From: Ascidiella aspersa
Lineage: Eukaryota
Length of the DNA: 64,000 nt
NCBI GenBank assembly: GCA_963924565.1
Contig: OZ004608.1
Coordinates: 23,560,001-23,624,000, forward strand
Reading direction: 5' to 3'
This document shows positions 1-15,000 of the stretch, in pieces (position 1 is the first letter of the stretch; each line of letters begins with the position of its first letter). The translations under genes and the position numbers were made by a program. Under the pieces are notes generated by a model, which was given only the letters and a program-made list of their open reading frames with translations, was not told the origin of the DNA and did no database searches.

Positions 1-3000
1 AAGTATTCGACCAAGCTCCATTGGCTTCACATATAAATTTACCGGTTCCTTGCAATGTGTACCTAACAGTTAAAAATATGTTTACGTCCATCTTCGCTAA
101 AAAAATATATTGAAACATTACCATACAGTCATCACTCATCAGTCAACATACCCGTTATCGCAGACCAATGACATTTCGTCAAGATAATGTCCGGTGTTTA
201 TGGTTAATTGTCCGTTTGCTATTTCTGGCATTGGTGGACACTCGATAGGAGCGCACTCTGTCGATGGCTGTGTAAAGGTGCCTGATCCGGTGCATTCCAA
301 TACTATCACTTCATTCGTTACCACGTGACCTTTTGCACATGCGTACATTACCTTGTTTCCATATCTCGCGTTGGTGTGGTTTTCTAGAACATGGAGTGGG
401 CTTGCTTATTTTGTAGCACACAAATTTCGCAAATATATTTTACGCATTCTTCAGTTGATTACGTGTTTCAGTCTTATTTTAAAGGACAGCCTGTGCGCAA
501 CATTTTGCCCATTGAAAAAACTATCAATAAAGAACTATAAAGTTATCTAGTTTTAATCAAACCTGAAACAAGATAAGCATTTTTGAGATCGGGTGGCGTC
601 CCGCAGCTTCTGGGCTGGCAGGCGGGTGGAAAGTTGTCAAAGAAACCATCGCTTTCGCATCGCAGGACCAACGGCGTGTGAACCTCGTGACTTGAAACAC
701 AAGACATTAACAAGGAGATAAAATAATACGCCAATACGTAAAACTCAGAAGAAACTCCGAAGTGAAAAAACATGGTCCCCTTAATAACCCGCCAGCACTT
801 AACAAATAGCCCATTAAACCTAAACTAAAAAGTAAAATTCCAAGATTCCGTTCGTCTAAAACTCCTAATCAATTGTTCTACTCTGTAAACAATTTGTAAC
901 TAAAAACAATTTGAACCTGATAAACAGAACATATTTTTCGCTTTGCACACCAAATTTTGTTTTTTAGTAACTTGTTTCATAATATTACTTTAGAAGTCGG
1001 ATGCGGTGGCGTCTCTGAAATATTCCATGCCCTCAGGAACTAAATTCCTTTAGCTGTTTTACATGACGATAATTACATTTCGAATTTGTTCTTACTAGCT
1101 GATCTTATATAAACTGTAGCTATTAGAATTACCAGAGGAGCAGTTTTTGATTTATATAGCTGATCTTATATTGACGATATGACATGATCACGCTCAATAC
1201 ATTAGTTAACATACAACAAAATTTGCCACAGTTACCTACCCAAAATCGCATTCATAAGTAACGTTGTCGCCGTATCGCACTTCGTGGTGTGACGGAAAAA
1301 CAATTCTTGCTTTAGCCACTGTCGGTGCGTGGCCGCATGACACCCGGGTACAAGCTGGAATCTGTGCTGACCAGTTGCCGGTGGCAAGACACATAGTGAT
1401 CATAGACCCGAGTAAATCGTAACCTTTAGATGGAAAATGAACTTTTGTTGTATTCATTTATAATGATCCAACATTGAATCATCATATTACTCGCGCATTG
1501 AATCACCGCATTACTCGCCAAGAGAGTATATCAATTATTTTGAAACTTAACAGGCATATCCCTCGTTATTTACCATGCATTTCAGTTTTGGCATTTATGC
1601 AATCCGAGGGATTAGATTATTTCGTAATCTCGGTTCACAATAAAACAACGGCTGTGACTTAACTTACTCTTCAGTATTAATATGTTGATTAAGATTTGAC
1701 ACATAAAACGCAAAATTAGAAGATCAATAATTATTTTTGATAAGCGTTTATTTCTGGAATCTAGACTCTATAGGCTTGATCTATAGTATTGTGAAGTAAT
1801 TATTTGTAACTGTCAACCTAACAGATGCTAACTTGTGTTTGCAATTCGCCAAATGCGCTTGTTCAGTAGATAGCTTACCACTATCACAATTGTAAATCAC
1901 AATCTCTCCGAAAGTGTAGTTGCCCTGGGGAAGAATATTGCCGTGTGAAGGCTCGTTGGGTGGTCCGCAGTCCACTGGGCTGCACACAGGACAAGTGGCA
2001 GACCATTCCCCAGTTTCTTGACAGACGCGCTCAAAGTTTCCCGACCTTATATATCCAGGGTGACAATGATATACTGCCAAGTCGCCGAACTTGGTGCCGT
2101 TTATATCTAAACATAAACGGATAACCGTTTAAAATCTCAGTGAAATCCGTGGCCTGGTTTAAAAAAAAACTTGATCTTTTTCTTTGAGAGGTATAACAGG
2201 ATAAAACGTGTAGCTACTTTTTGACAAACGCTAAGTAGTCTTGTCAATATCTTCGGACCTGACAAGAGTGACGAGGTCCTCTTTAAATCTTTATTTGATT
2301 TCCACTTTAATCATTTAGGAGCTATGCGTATCTTGGCACTAAAAGTTATGCAACTTGAAAACAATGAAAGCAATTTAATATAAAACCATAATAGCCGTGG
2401 TACAAATTAAAATCGATTTAAAAAAATAAAGCAGCCAAGTGTCATAATATCGAGTAATATGTATTTTTTGTAGACATATAGCGTCACGTGTTCTTTTAAA
2501 ATAAGTTTTACTCCATCCAACAGTTAGCAACGTATATGTAACGCGAACACAGCCCATTTTGTACCTACTACATCTTAAAACCATAAACCATTTTAACATC
2601 AGTCAACTACCTACAGATCCAAAGGTAATAGTGGGCGGGATGTTGCAATCGACTTTCTCGCAAGTAATCGATGACGTGGACCACCTTGCATCTGCTTGGC
2701 ACGTAATTTGACCAGTCGTGCCAACAAAACCAGTCGCACAGTGATAGGTGGCGATGCCCTCATAATCCGTTGAGCCGACTGGAAACAAACATTGTATTGC
2801 GCAGTTCTTAGGATGCTAAAATTGAAGTTGTTACAAGTAAGATAAAAGTAACAAAAATTTTACCTTACAATTATAGCTTTCGTATATCCCAAACAAAAAG
2901 TATTGACAATGTGGCTTTTACTGACTATTTCGTTATGCGCGTAGTAGGGTAATATTTGTTTACCATATTGAACGGTATTAGGTACTATCGGAGGTTGGCC

Positions 3001-6000
3001 GCAAGAAATGCGCTGACAGGTTGGTAAAACTCCGTCGAACTTCTTGTTGGCATCACATCTAAGTTCTGGTTCCCCAATCATTCTAAAACCCGGTTTACAT
3101 ACATAGTGCAGGACTTCCTAAAAAAACATTAAAATACCTTATTACCGACATACAACCTATATAACGGTAAATAAAATGTAAATCTTTTTATTACCATTTT
3201 ACATTCATATAAAATTATTTCAGCTCTTGAAATTCTTTATTTTCAGGAGGAACAATACTGTTCAGCTAGTGAGAAAATGCGAAGATTAAACCCATAGTTG
3301 TTTAATTTTATATATGTATGTGTCAATTGCGACTGTTAGTGTTATTACCTCAAACACATAGTTGGTGATATTTCCGCTAACGAAACCATGAGCGATACCA
3401 CTTGGCTCACCACAAGAAACTCGTTGACAGCTAGGTCGTTGAAGTTCACCATGAGTTGTTATGGTCAGTGGTTGAAACTGGCCGTCCGCATTACAAGTGA
3501 ACGAAAGTTCACTATTTCCGGTTGGCTGAAATCCCTCGTCGCAGGTATACGAGATTTGGCCGCCAAAGGTGAAACTGTCGCCGAGCCTCTTTGCGTTTTT
3601 GCTTTATTTTTTAAACACAGTTACGTACATGGTAACAAATCAAACAGATCTACTGTAAAGCATTAAAACCTTCAATGATATGGTTGTTGTTAACTAGTGT
3701 AAGGACAATAATTCATTAAATTGTCGGAATCGTGTAGTAAAGCCTTTGCGGACAATACCGGATATATGGTAAAGTCAAAATATACTCACATAGGTGGCAT
3801 TGGTTTGCAGGGCACAGGCTCGCATTTGGGCAGCGGCCTAATCCATTCTCCATCCGGACCGCAAGTAGCGGAAGTCCATGCAGACTTGTTATTCACGTAA
3901 CCGTGATCGCACTCAAAGTGCACGACATCGCCGAACACATAGGTAGTGCCAATATGGCCAAAAGCCGATCGTGGCGCCAAACGGGCTGCAGCATCTATTT
4001 GCCAATGCGCCTTCTCAGGCAACGGTTCTGCGCTACCTTCGCCACTACCGTGGGAGAATGCGTTCGCTGATCTTACCAATATTGGCATGGCGGTTCGCAC
4101 GACACTTGCGTGGTTTAAGTGGGGAGCTTCACCACATGGGACAGGCACACAATTTGGTGGAGCAGGCGACCAAGCTCTATCCGAGGTACATTCGATTGTA
4201 GCTAATCAAACAAAATTTGAACATGATTATAAAAAGCCATGAAAGAGCGTTTGAAGAAAAATCTCATACTTTTGTGAAAAAAACACTTTTTTTTAGCTTT
4301 TTAACAAAAAAATCTTGTAGGTATTATATTAATTACAAACTGACGGCATCGATATGTGTTGCTGATAATAAGATTTACCAGAGCCCAACAGGAAATATCC
4401 TCGCTTGCAGCGATATGTGATAGTTGAGCCGAATGTTCTTCTTGATGGTGTTCCCCCATCCGAAGCTATAATCTCAGAGTTTGTCACATGAAGATCTGCT
4501 CCACAAGTGACTCGATAACACGCTGGTGCCTCAGACCGCGACCATTTTCTTGGTAAAACATATATGTAGTCGGAATTTTTTTCTCAAAATTACGAACATT
4601 TTTATTGTTTTTGGTCATAGATAGATATTTTTAATGTTTTGGAAAAGGATTTCCAGGGAGCAGCGAAAGACCGTTAGGATATCAAAGTCAGCTGCTCCCA
4701 CGTGATTCAAAGAACAAAATGCGTGTTTTAAACCACGATGAAATTATGACGAGTATTAAGTATTTGATGATTCGGAAGCAAAGTCGTATAACCTAATTTG
4801 TAAATTATTCGAGCGGTCAAGACTATACACACAAAAAACAAAAGACGTAACCAGATATAGTTGTAAAACCAACACCATGGTTGTAAATTTACCCGTTTTG
4901 TGTGCAAGTTAGAGATTCCTCCATTTTTGATCCTGTGAACTCATACCCGAGGTCACACGAATATGTTGCAGTTTGGCCGTAAACGTAGCCCCCTGTGACT
5001 TTATTTACATCTGCTGATTCGAGGCGCCCGTTTTGTCTAGGCGGTGCGTTTCCGCAAGGCACGGGTTCACAAATCGGAGTTTCCTGGTCCCACGTGGCGT
5101 TAGCACGGCACAACAGCGAACCAACCGTTTCCGATTTTTTAGGATTAAAAAATCTGTACCCGGAATCACATTCGTACTGTACAAGGTCCTCAAATAAATA
5201 TACACGATGACTGGTCCGTTTGTCTGCGGAGGATGTCAGGTCAACTCGGTGGAAACTGCCGTGGTTTATGGGGAAGGGCGCTTGGCAAGACACCCTGCGG
5301 CATATTGGGGCGGGCTTGGGTCCCCATTGGTAGTTGGCCTGGCACGATTGGTGGCTGTCGGTGGCCGGGTAAAGCTCGTATCCATCGTCGCAAACAAACT
5401 GAAGGACACTTTCAAAAGTGTACGAGTCCACAATTGTCCTAGAACAAAAAAAAAATATATTTTAAAGACCTTTCCTACAGATCATATTTAAACAATTGGT
5501 ATTCAAATCTTAAATCGAGAAACTCATGGACGATTTTGCCATACTACAAGTAACAAATCACATATAGGTACACATTTTAGAAGTATATTTTGCATATGTA
5601 CAATCTTTTAAAATGTCATGCTATTTTGTTACTTGTATTAATGACATGCATGCCAATTACCTAACAATTTGCGGTAAAAGTGATTTGCGTGATTTTAATC
5701 TGCGGTAAAAGTGATTTGCGCGTGGAATCTAACATGTTACTGCCTGTTTAACAAAATTCTTTATATATTTCGTACAAGCCGCGAATGTTGACTTACCTTC
5801 CGTTTTGTATTCTTGTCGGCTCCACGCACGACAAAGCGTTACATCGTATGGGGATAGCTTCTGCGAGCGCGTTGCCGAAACCCCAAACCTTGTTAGCCTG
5901 ACATACCTTACACAAGTTGCCTGAAGGGCACCCTTCGTCACTGCTCGATCCGCTCAGTTCATAACCTCAAATATAAAGTAAGTTTTTGAGGCGTTGGTTA

Positions 6001-9000
6001 ATTCCATATAGTCACATCTTGGCCGTGTACTGCCGCTCTGAGCCTCTGAGTAGATATACTATGGTTATTATTTAAAATCACCGTAAGAGTATCCTATAAG
6101 CATTTATGGTGGCCAGGGATTTTGGTTGGGGAGGCATAGAAAAATTCAGAGATGACGTCACAAAATTACTTGTTCTCGAGCGAATTCGTGCGCAAATATG
6201 CAGATGAATCAGCATAATTACGCTGAAGCGCTTAAACAATTACGGATACTTGGATTAAATTAGCATAACTTAATCTGAAGGTGAAGAGACTCGCATATTG
6301 CTCCATATTATGATATTTATATAGTTTAGTTTAAAATAAATTGCAATATATAGAGTTTACACAATGCCAACATGATACAATATACATGGCACCTTTCAGC
6401 GAAATACACTTTCTGATAGGACAAAAACAGTAAAACATATAAATAGTAGAGAAAAGAAAAGAATGGCTTGCATTCCCCATGTGTACGCCCTTGTTTATAG
6501 GTCACATAATATTGTGCTATAATGCCATGTGTTCCAACCCAAAATATAAACAAGTAATATATAACGAAGATGAAAGTAGGTTCAACATTTTATTTTGCTC
6601 CAACAATGTGTGCTTTTCAAAAGCCTTAGCAGTTTAGTGATAAATCTACCTGGATGGCAAGAATATGAAGCTTTTGATGAGTAAGTCTCTGTCGTAAACG
6701 CCACATCACCATTCTGCAAAATCATGGGTGCGCCGCAAGTTATAGGATGGCAAACAGGTAGACTGCTGCTCCAGGATTTGCTCGCAGTGCACTTGATAGT
6801 TTTGCTTGCCAAGCCTGTCCAACATAATATATTAATGTCTTAAAAAGCTGATTTTTTTACAGTATCACACTTAAATCATTTACTATAGTATTAAAATGTA
6901 AATACCCTTAAATCAACCGCGCGCAAATGTTAAGTTATTTTGTTGGGAATCGTTTCGCATTTGGACAATGCTGTACACTTACCGTTCTTCATTTCATGTC
7001 CGACGTCACATGTGTAGGTTAGGTTATGACCGAAAGTGTAGGCGCCACTGCTAGCAGACACAACCCCGTGATCAATGCTGCCAGGATCGCCGCACGACAC
7101 CGGAATGCAGGTTGGGGGTGGGTGGTCAAATACTCGTGTCGCAGTGCAGGTCAGTGTCGATTCTCCTGACATTTCGTAACCTACGACAAAAAGACAGAAA
7201 AATGAGTGTAAAATGTTAAAAACTGATTTACGACCTTTTTGATAATAATAAAGTTTAAATAATTTCCATCTTAGAGCCATGGTAAAACACAAAATCGCAC
7301 AAAAATCGTCGTATTAGCCAAGAGTAAGCTGACAAAACGTTTTGAGTAGGAAAATATTTTGTCTCACGGTAAGTTGATATAAAAAAATAAATCATTCCGA
7401 GGCAGAATATAGTGCTCTGTCACGTGTATACTTGCAGTGCGATTTTCTAAAACGCTGTTAACGTGAAGCTAAAAATGTGAAAGGCTCAGTGCTTACCGGA
7501 ATCGCAGACATAGGAAACGGTGTTTCCAAGAAAGAGAGCGGAAGACAGTTTATACTTGCTGTTGGTCACATGGGGGGCTCGGTCACATGACACCGGGGAA
7601 CAAGTGGGCAGTGGGCCAGACCAGGTTCTGTCTGCTTGACATATCGAAACTGGGTCGCCCTGAAATAAACCAATGAAGCTAACTTTCAAAGCTATAGTAA
7701 ACTTAGATTAGCTATGTATTTCAATAACCTTTCACTTTTCATTCAATGAAACATGCACACACAGTGTGCTAACAATTCAGATCTAGCCCCTTGAAGCTGC
7801 TTTTTGACCAACGACTGATCTATGTTGCAAGCAGGGCAGGTTAGAAAAACAACTAGCCTGCAGTGAGGTTTGAACTCACGACCTCCGGTCAAGCCGGGCC
7901 GGTCCCGGCGTTTTTTCAGCCTGCCCTGCTTGCATCATAGATCAACAGATTCGGTGAGTCTGCAATGGCTTTCGTGGTACTTTCACTTTTCAGTTATTAT
8001 TGTTGTAAATGTGACAACTTGCTTACTGTCATTTCGTATCCGACGTTGCATCCGTAAGTTACTTGCTTGCCAAATGTATGTACGCTGCCATTAAATTGTC
8101 CATTTAAGATAGACGACGGTGTGCCACAAGAAACTGGAGGGCATCTGGGTGGCAGGTTTGACCAGATGCCGGTCGACTGACAAGTTAAAATCGCGTTTTC
8201 GTTTGCACCGCGATCGAGTTCGAGATGGTATCCAGGTTCGCATGAGTAAGTCACCGAACGTTTGAACGTAAAGTCGTTTTCGTCTTGTGATTGTTGGTTG
8301 GTATAGGAAGCATGTAAAACGATATTTGGACGACCGCACGAAACCGCCGCGCATGTTGGAGCTTGTTCTGGCGACCAAACTCTATAAAATACAGACATAA
8401 TGTGGGCACTGAATCTCGATCTTCATACAGTTTTACAAAAATAAGGACGTATGTGCCACAGTGCAAATGAGCTATTTGAAAAACAAAATTTAATATGTTT
8501 TTAGACTGGAATCAGCACGATAAAATTATTCTTACGCCTTTGGGATATGCTTGGCGTGAAGTTACTTGCGTAACTGAGCAATCAAAAATAATTAAGTAAA
8601 TATAGTGGACTGGTACTTACTTGCCCGCAGTACATCTCGCATTGACGCTACCGACCAGTCTGTAACCAGGCTCGCAGTTGTAATCGACACTGCTGTTGAA
8701 CGTGTATACATGACCAGTTGTTAAAATGTGATCGGAAACTGGTGGAGTTCCACAAGAGACGGGGTGACATTTACTAGGACCCGACGTGGGTTCCCACCGT
8801 TCCTGATCGGTACACGTGAGGACTTTTACCGGAGACGGTTCCTGATGTTCGTAGCCAACATTACAGTTGTACGTCACAACGTCCTCGAACACAAATAGTG
8901 CTGTGCCTCCTGCATGTTAAAAAAGATTACTTAACAGGTTTTCGACGGGGCCACAACAGCAGTAATACTGTGCAATAATAATTTATATTCTAATTAAGCC

Positions 9001-12000
9001 TGAAAACGTGTATGGCGCAATTACCCGTAGATTCATAAGAAAATTTAAACAGAAAAATAGTACAATGAGTGAGATATTTGCTAAATTAGTTCGATTAAGT
9101 GTGGTGATGGTCCCGAGCAATCGTATTAGCCGACCTTATCATAACCCACGTTCTGCAATACAAGCTATATTGGCACCAGTCAATACTTTAGAGCAGTGGT
9201 TCTCAACCTTTTTAGCTTACGGACGGGTAAAATTCCCAAACAAAATTTGCGGACCGGTGGACCTTCAAAAATCAACTCAAAAAGTATTTACGACAAAAGT
9301 ATGCCTCTTAAAAGCAAAGAATGGGAACTTCAATGTAGCCTAACGACCAATTTTCTTCTTTATACGCGGTTCGTTTTTCACATACAACTGTTTTTTTACG
9401 TTTAAGACTTAAACGAATTGAAGCCTGCTTTTAAACAGTTGGCTACAGCACAACTGCAGCATCGTGACGTACGATAAAGTCCAAATCTGACCATTATTCT
9501 ATGTTACGCCACAATGGTGCAAATAACGGAACTGTCGAATTCAACATCTTTCATTTTGCAATTGACATATAAAATTGTAATATATTTGGCGGACCGGTAT
9601 GAAAGTTTACGCGGACCGGCGGTTGCGAACCACTGCCTTAGAAGGCTTATTTACCTGTGACTGAAGCTGCAGTGTAAGTGCCGTGCATGAGGGAAAGGGG
9701 TTCCCCGCATGACGTCCTTTGGCATGAGGGAGGCGACGAAGGGCCGAACGTGCCATCTTCAAGACAGGATAATGAACTTGATCCTATAGCGAAAAGATAA
9801 TTATGTTTAAAAGGCGTTGTCTTTTTACCTCTCTCCAAAAAATTGTAAATGGTGTATTTACGATTAGAAAATATACTCCTAAAAACGATGATAATCTGTA
9901 CGGCTAATTTGAACCTTTCAAAAAGAAACCATCGTCGCAGATGTACGAAACAGACTGTCCGAAAACGAAGTCGATTGTTATGTTCACTTGGGTCCCGTGC
10001 ATCAAGAGGGGCGCTTTGCCACAAGAAATTGGTTCACATGTTGGAAGAGCTAAGATATCTGGGACTTCAAAAACAAAATAAATAAAGGGTTATACATTTG
10101 GTATTGCTTTTTTAGTTCTACATCCTGTAAACTCGGCATAGTTGATTTTAAAAGGTCGTGAACTTTGATGGCGTTAAAAGAAAGGAATATTTCACCCACA
10201 GTTTGGTTTAGGCTGTTTTTTACACATACTAATCAACTGTGGTTTTAAAGTCGGGCAAACTTTACGGGAAATATGGTTGTAAAATTACCATTTGGTTTAA
10301 TTAGGGTTATACTATGTTGAAGCCTGTAACCAGGACACAGTCATTATATCCAGCGTTTTGTTAGTTGGTATACAAATATTACGTCACAAAAACAAAGAGG
10401 CATGGGGCGAATTAGGAAGTAAAATAATGTTTGCGACGAGTTTAAATTAGTTGGAAGGTAAGACGTTGTTTACATCTTGTTCTGGCGACTTTAATAGATA
10501 TTAGTCTAACAGGTTAAAGTCTATTTTCGATGTAGGATAGGTGTTATTCTAACTTCATTTTTTGCGTTAAAAAAATCAGTACTGAGTCAATAACCTGTTA
10601 CAATAATAGATTAATTACTATCACAATAAAACAAAAAACACTTTCGTCATGTTATAGCACAAAAAATTGTTACAATTGGCTTATGCTAAAAATAAAACAC
10701 TGGTTGACTAAATTTAAATTACCTGATAGAGCGCTGCGAAAGTGAATACTTTTAGGTGCATCTAAAATAGAACAAAACACATAATAATTAGACTTTAGAA
10801 AAGACTTGTAATGTAAAAGATTATCATACTTGAATGTGATAGACCAACATAACTTGAAGCCGATGCGTCTATTTCACCAGACCCCAGTTCTATCGCATCA
10901 CCGCTTCCAGAACCTTCTACAGATCTACGTTGCCGTTGTATAAGTGGAAGGACTGCAAAGTTTCCAATATTAATAGAATTAAAACGTTCGATATATATTT
11001 CAAGATAGTTGTAAAACAATACTCGCGAAAGATTTACGCGACAAATGAGAAAACGATACAAAATAAGCAAAACTAACATAGGGTTCTAAATAATACAGTT
11101 TAAATCGAGGCTACTTAGTCGCCGTTGGCAATAGTTATAATAAAATCAAACCTTATTTTACTGTCAAGAATTAGCAACGGAAATGACTGCTATTTTATAT
11201 AAACGCCTTTATCTTACCAATTGGTGGATGAACAAGGTCCGAACGTAAAGGAATCCACTTTCGTGTATGTGAACAAACCCAGTTTCCGTTGCCCAATAAC
11301 TTGTAGCCAGGTAAGCATTTGTAACTTGCTCGTCTTTCGAATGTTAAGCCTGTAATTTAAATCCCAAAATATCTGACATGTTGGCTCAGCATTAACTGAG
11401 TATGTCCAAGCACCGTCCTGTCACTACTGCGACTTTCTCAAACATACAATAGTTTCCAGAACTCGGGTCACCCTATGCTTTTTCGTGGCACGATAGGTCT
11501 ACATAGATAACACTTGGGATCGCAAAATGTTTCTATAAATTAAATGTGTTAGACAATTAATAAACCCTAAAGTATCTTTTTTTATTTTTATACAGAGTTT
11601 TACTATTAACAACTCACCCAATAAAATGTTTTTTTTATCATATAATCTTAAATATTTGTTGCTTAAATCAGATCAACACATCTACCGTAGTTTGGAAACA
11701 GTTAAAATTAATTATGATGGAGTAAGCCCTATAGATCAGCCTTTCGAAGCAAACTAGAAACAACAAACGTACCGTCAAAATTGGAAATTCCATGTTGGAG
11801 TAAGGCGGGTGCTCCACACGACACAGGCAGGCAATGAGGCAAATTGTGCGAGTAAGTGCGTGTCGACGTACAAGTGCGTTGGGACTTTCCCAGCATGTAG
11901 TAACCCTCGTCGCACTCGTAGTTCACCACTTCGTTGTACTCTGGTGAACTGTTGGAAAACACCACGTTTGTTTATACGTAAATTAAAAAAACAAAATTGT

Positions 12001-15000
12001 TTTAAACAAAAATTAAAGAAAGCTATAAAACTGTTACAATTCTGTTTTAATTATTATTAACTGAGCTTCAGTCACGTAACCAAACGATTACACCTACATA
12101 TTGCTATTATGTGTCGTGATTTTGCCGAAGCTGATAGGCTGGGGTTTGGGACACTTGACCGGTTTGCAAATAAGATCATAAGGAATTGTGGACCAGGTCC
12201 CTGTGTCAAGGCACGCCAGGGATGTATCAAACACGTCATAATGAAGCTCGTAGCCAACGTCACAAGTCACGTGGAAGGTGGAAAGATAAGTTGTCCCATC
12301 AGATTTGCAAGCAGCTGCACATGCAAGAAATAATAAGAAAACTTTTAGTAAATATATAATAATGTGTACAACTACATAAGGTGCTACACTTTAATTAACA
12401 TAGTGAATGTTTATTTCAGGAAGTTCTTTTCACAATATACAGCTACAATCGGTGTAACCCTGGGGTTAGATTGGTTTTGTCAGGTTTTTCCTACACCTAA
12501 TAAAGCTTTGTTTTCCGAGCTAGAAGGCTAGTATAAGATCCCTAAAGTAACGTCTTGAAGCAATTACATGTAAAGGGTATAAAAAAATATTGATACATAT
12601 AGATTATACAAACATGATTCTAATATCTATACAGTTTAGAGCTTATCACTTGCAATTATTTTAAATTTTAGTCCCTAATTTGGTAGACCTCTGTCCCAGT
12701 TTTATCAGATATGTTTAGAGGTAGTGTAGTGTAGATCACTCGGTGTTAGATTACCATTTTGTGGGCAAACAAGGTGACCACAATTTTTCGCCTGGCAGGC
12801 TGGAACAGATGATGGACCCCACATTTTGTTGCTTAAACAACTCATTGTATCGACAGAGTTGGGAGTAAACTCATAACCACGGTCGCAACTGTACGTCACA
12901 TTTTCCTGATAGGTCACTCGGTTGTTGCGAAGTCTGTATGTTCCATGATCAATGACTTCAGGGATCCCGCATGAAATTTTGCGGCATGTACTGGCGTCCC
13001 CTGTAAAATCATGACAACAGAAAATGGCAAAGAATGAAGCCAACTAAGAAAAGGACACTAATCACAATACCTCTTCCAAACTTTTATAGTGTGTTAACTC
13101 ATAACAGTACCTTAATATTTTATGGCTGATATTGGTAACCTTAATATAAGCTGAGGCATAAGTAACAAAGTAATCCCTATAGAGATGTATTTAATGTTTA
13201 TGATTAAAATAAAGATAAACTTTTTTTAAACCACAAATCTGCTTAAATTATACCATCGGGCGGCATTTCTGGAACGGTCCATTGGCGATCAGCTGCACAC
13301 GTGATCTTGTAGTTGATGACGTTAGAACTGAACTCGTGACCCGTAAGACATTGTGCCGTAGCGATATGCTGGTAGGTGGTGCCGGTATAATGACAGGATG
13401 ACAGCCCTGGACAGACTGGTATACCACAATCAACTGGCGAACACTGCGGTTGGCTGCTCCACTCTTTATTGGCCTGCGCGAAACCCATTTATGAACAAAT
13501 GTATACCATAGAATTTATTTTGGGTGTAATTACATTACAACGTGCTGCTAAATCAGTGCTTCTCAACCTTTTTTTGCGGCGACCCAAATATTAAACGTAA
13601 GTATGACAACTAAGCTTTGGCGACCCAGTTGTTTTTGCTTGTAAGAGAACAAAAAATAGGCATTAGATGATTAGCATAAAGAATTTCGAATTTTAATAAT
13701 TATCATTAGACATTACTTGTATTGCTTCCTTAATTTTCTTAATTGGGAAATATTGCTCAGAACGAATCTCAATTAGTATAAACAATTAAACATGTGAATT
13801 ACTGCAGTCAGCGACCCAATTTTGGGTCGCGACCCATAGGATGAGAAGCACTGTGCTAAATGCTCAACATTATGGATAGTTTATCGCAAAAATCGCTATG
13901 CCAGTGGCGGATAACAAATCGAAACAACTACAAATCCTGAGAAAGGTATATACAGGCTGTCTATGTGACAAATCGTAAATATAACACTGTCGTTGTCGGA
14001 TGGCATACAAGCGTTTTACCATCGTAAATCGTATTATTGTTACTATACCTGACATCGAATGTCCAAGTCTCCAGACGACAATTCATAGCCGACATCACAT
14101 TGGTATTTAACTACGTCTTGGTAGAGGTTAACTTTAGAAGGCAAAGTGGTCATTGTGACGTGTTCGATAACTGGTAAGTCACGACAAATTACAGGTTGGC
14201 ATCCACCAGCTGGTACAGCTGGATACCAAACCTCATCTGACGTGCAGGTCACATGATGCGTATTTGTCTCTGTTTCAGCGGATCTGGGAACAGAGTTAGG
14301 TTTTTGTTATTCTGTAGTTTTTTTACAGTTGTTCGGTTATTTAGGGCAGGGTTTAAATAGTTGGTCTTGGTTCGCGATATCATTCACTTTGGATATCGAA
14401 ACTCTTTATATATCAACAGCAAAATTTCATGTAAGAGACTTGTCTTCCTTTTTAGTTTTACTTAGTTTGAGCGCGGTTAGCGTTTTCACACGTCACATAC
14501 ACAAAGCCTCGTCGAATATCGCGACGACCTAAAAAAGTTATATCCAGGTGGGGGATAAGGAGTTGCAATCTGATCTTTTTACAACAACATTTTATGCTAA
14601 CGTAAACTTCATGCATTTTTCGCAAACTGTAACTAGAAAAACGCATCATATTTAAGCGATTTATAATGTTCTCGTATCTACATTTATATTTCACAAATAA
14701 ACACTTTAGTGAACACCTTTAAATAAATATTCGAAGCCCAGAAGAAAAAAAACGATTAAATATTAATAAAAACACAACACAATTTTAGTGGGTTAGATGA
14801 AGTTATTTTTGCTCTACCCGTTGTTCGATGCGAGGAATCACTTTGCTAGCAGCTCATCGTAAGACACGGATTTACTAGGTAGTAATAAGTGACTTAACGA
14901 GACTGTTCACCGTTCAACTACCTAACTGTACAACGCAATTAGGTCACAAAGGAACCGTTTTTTTTCACAATGTAAAGCATTAATGGATCATGTCTTGAAG

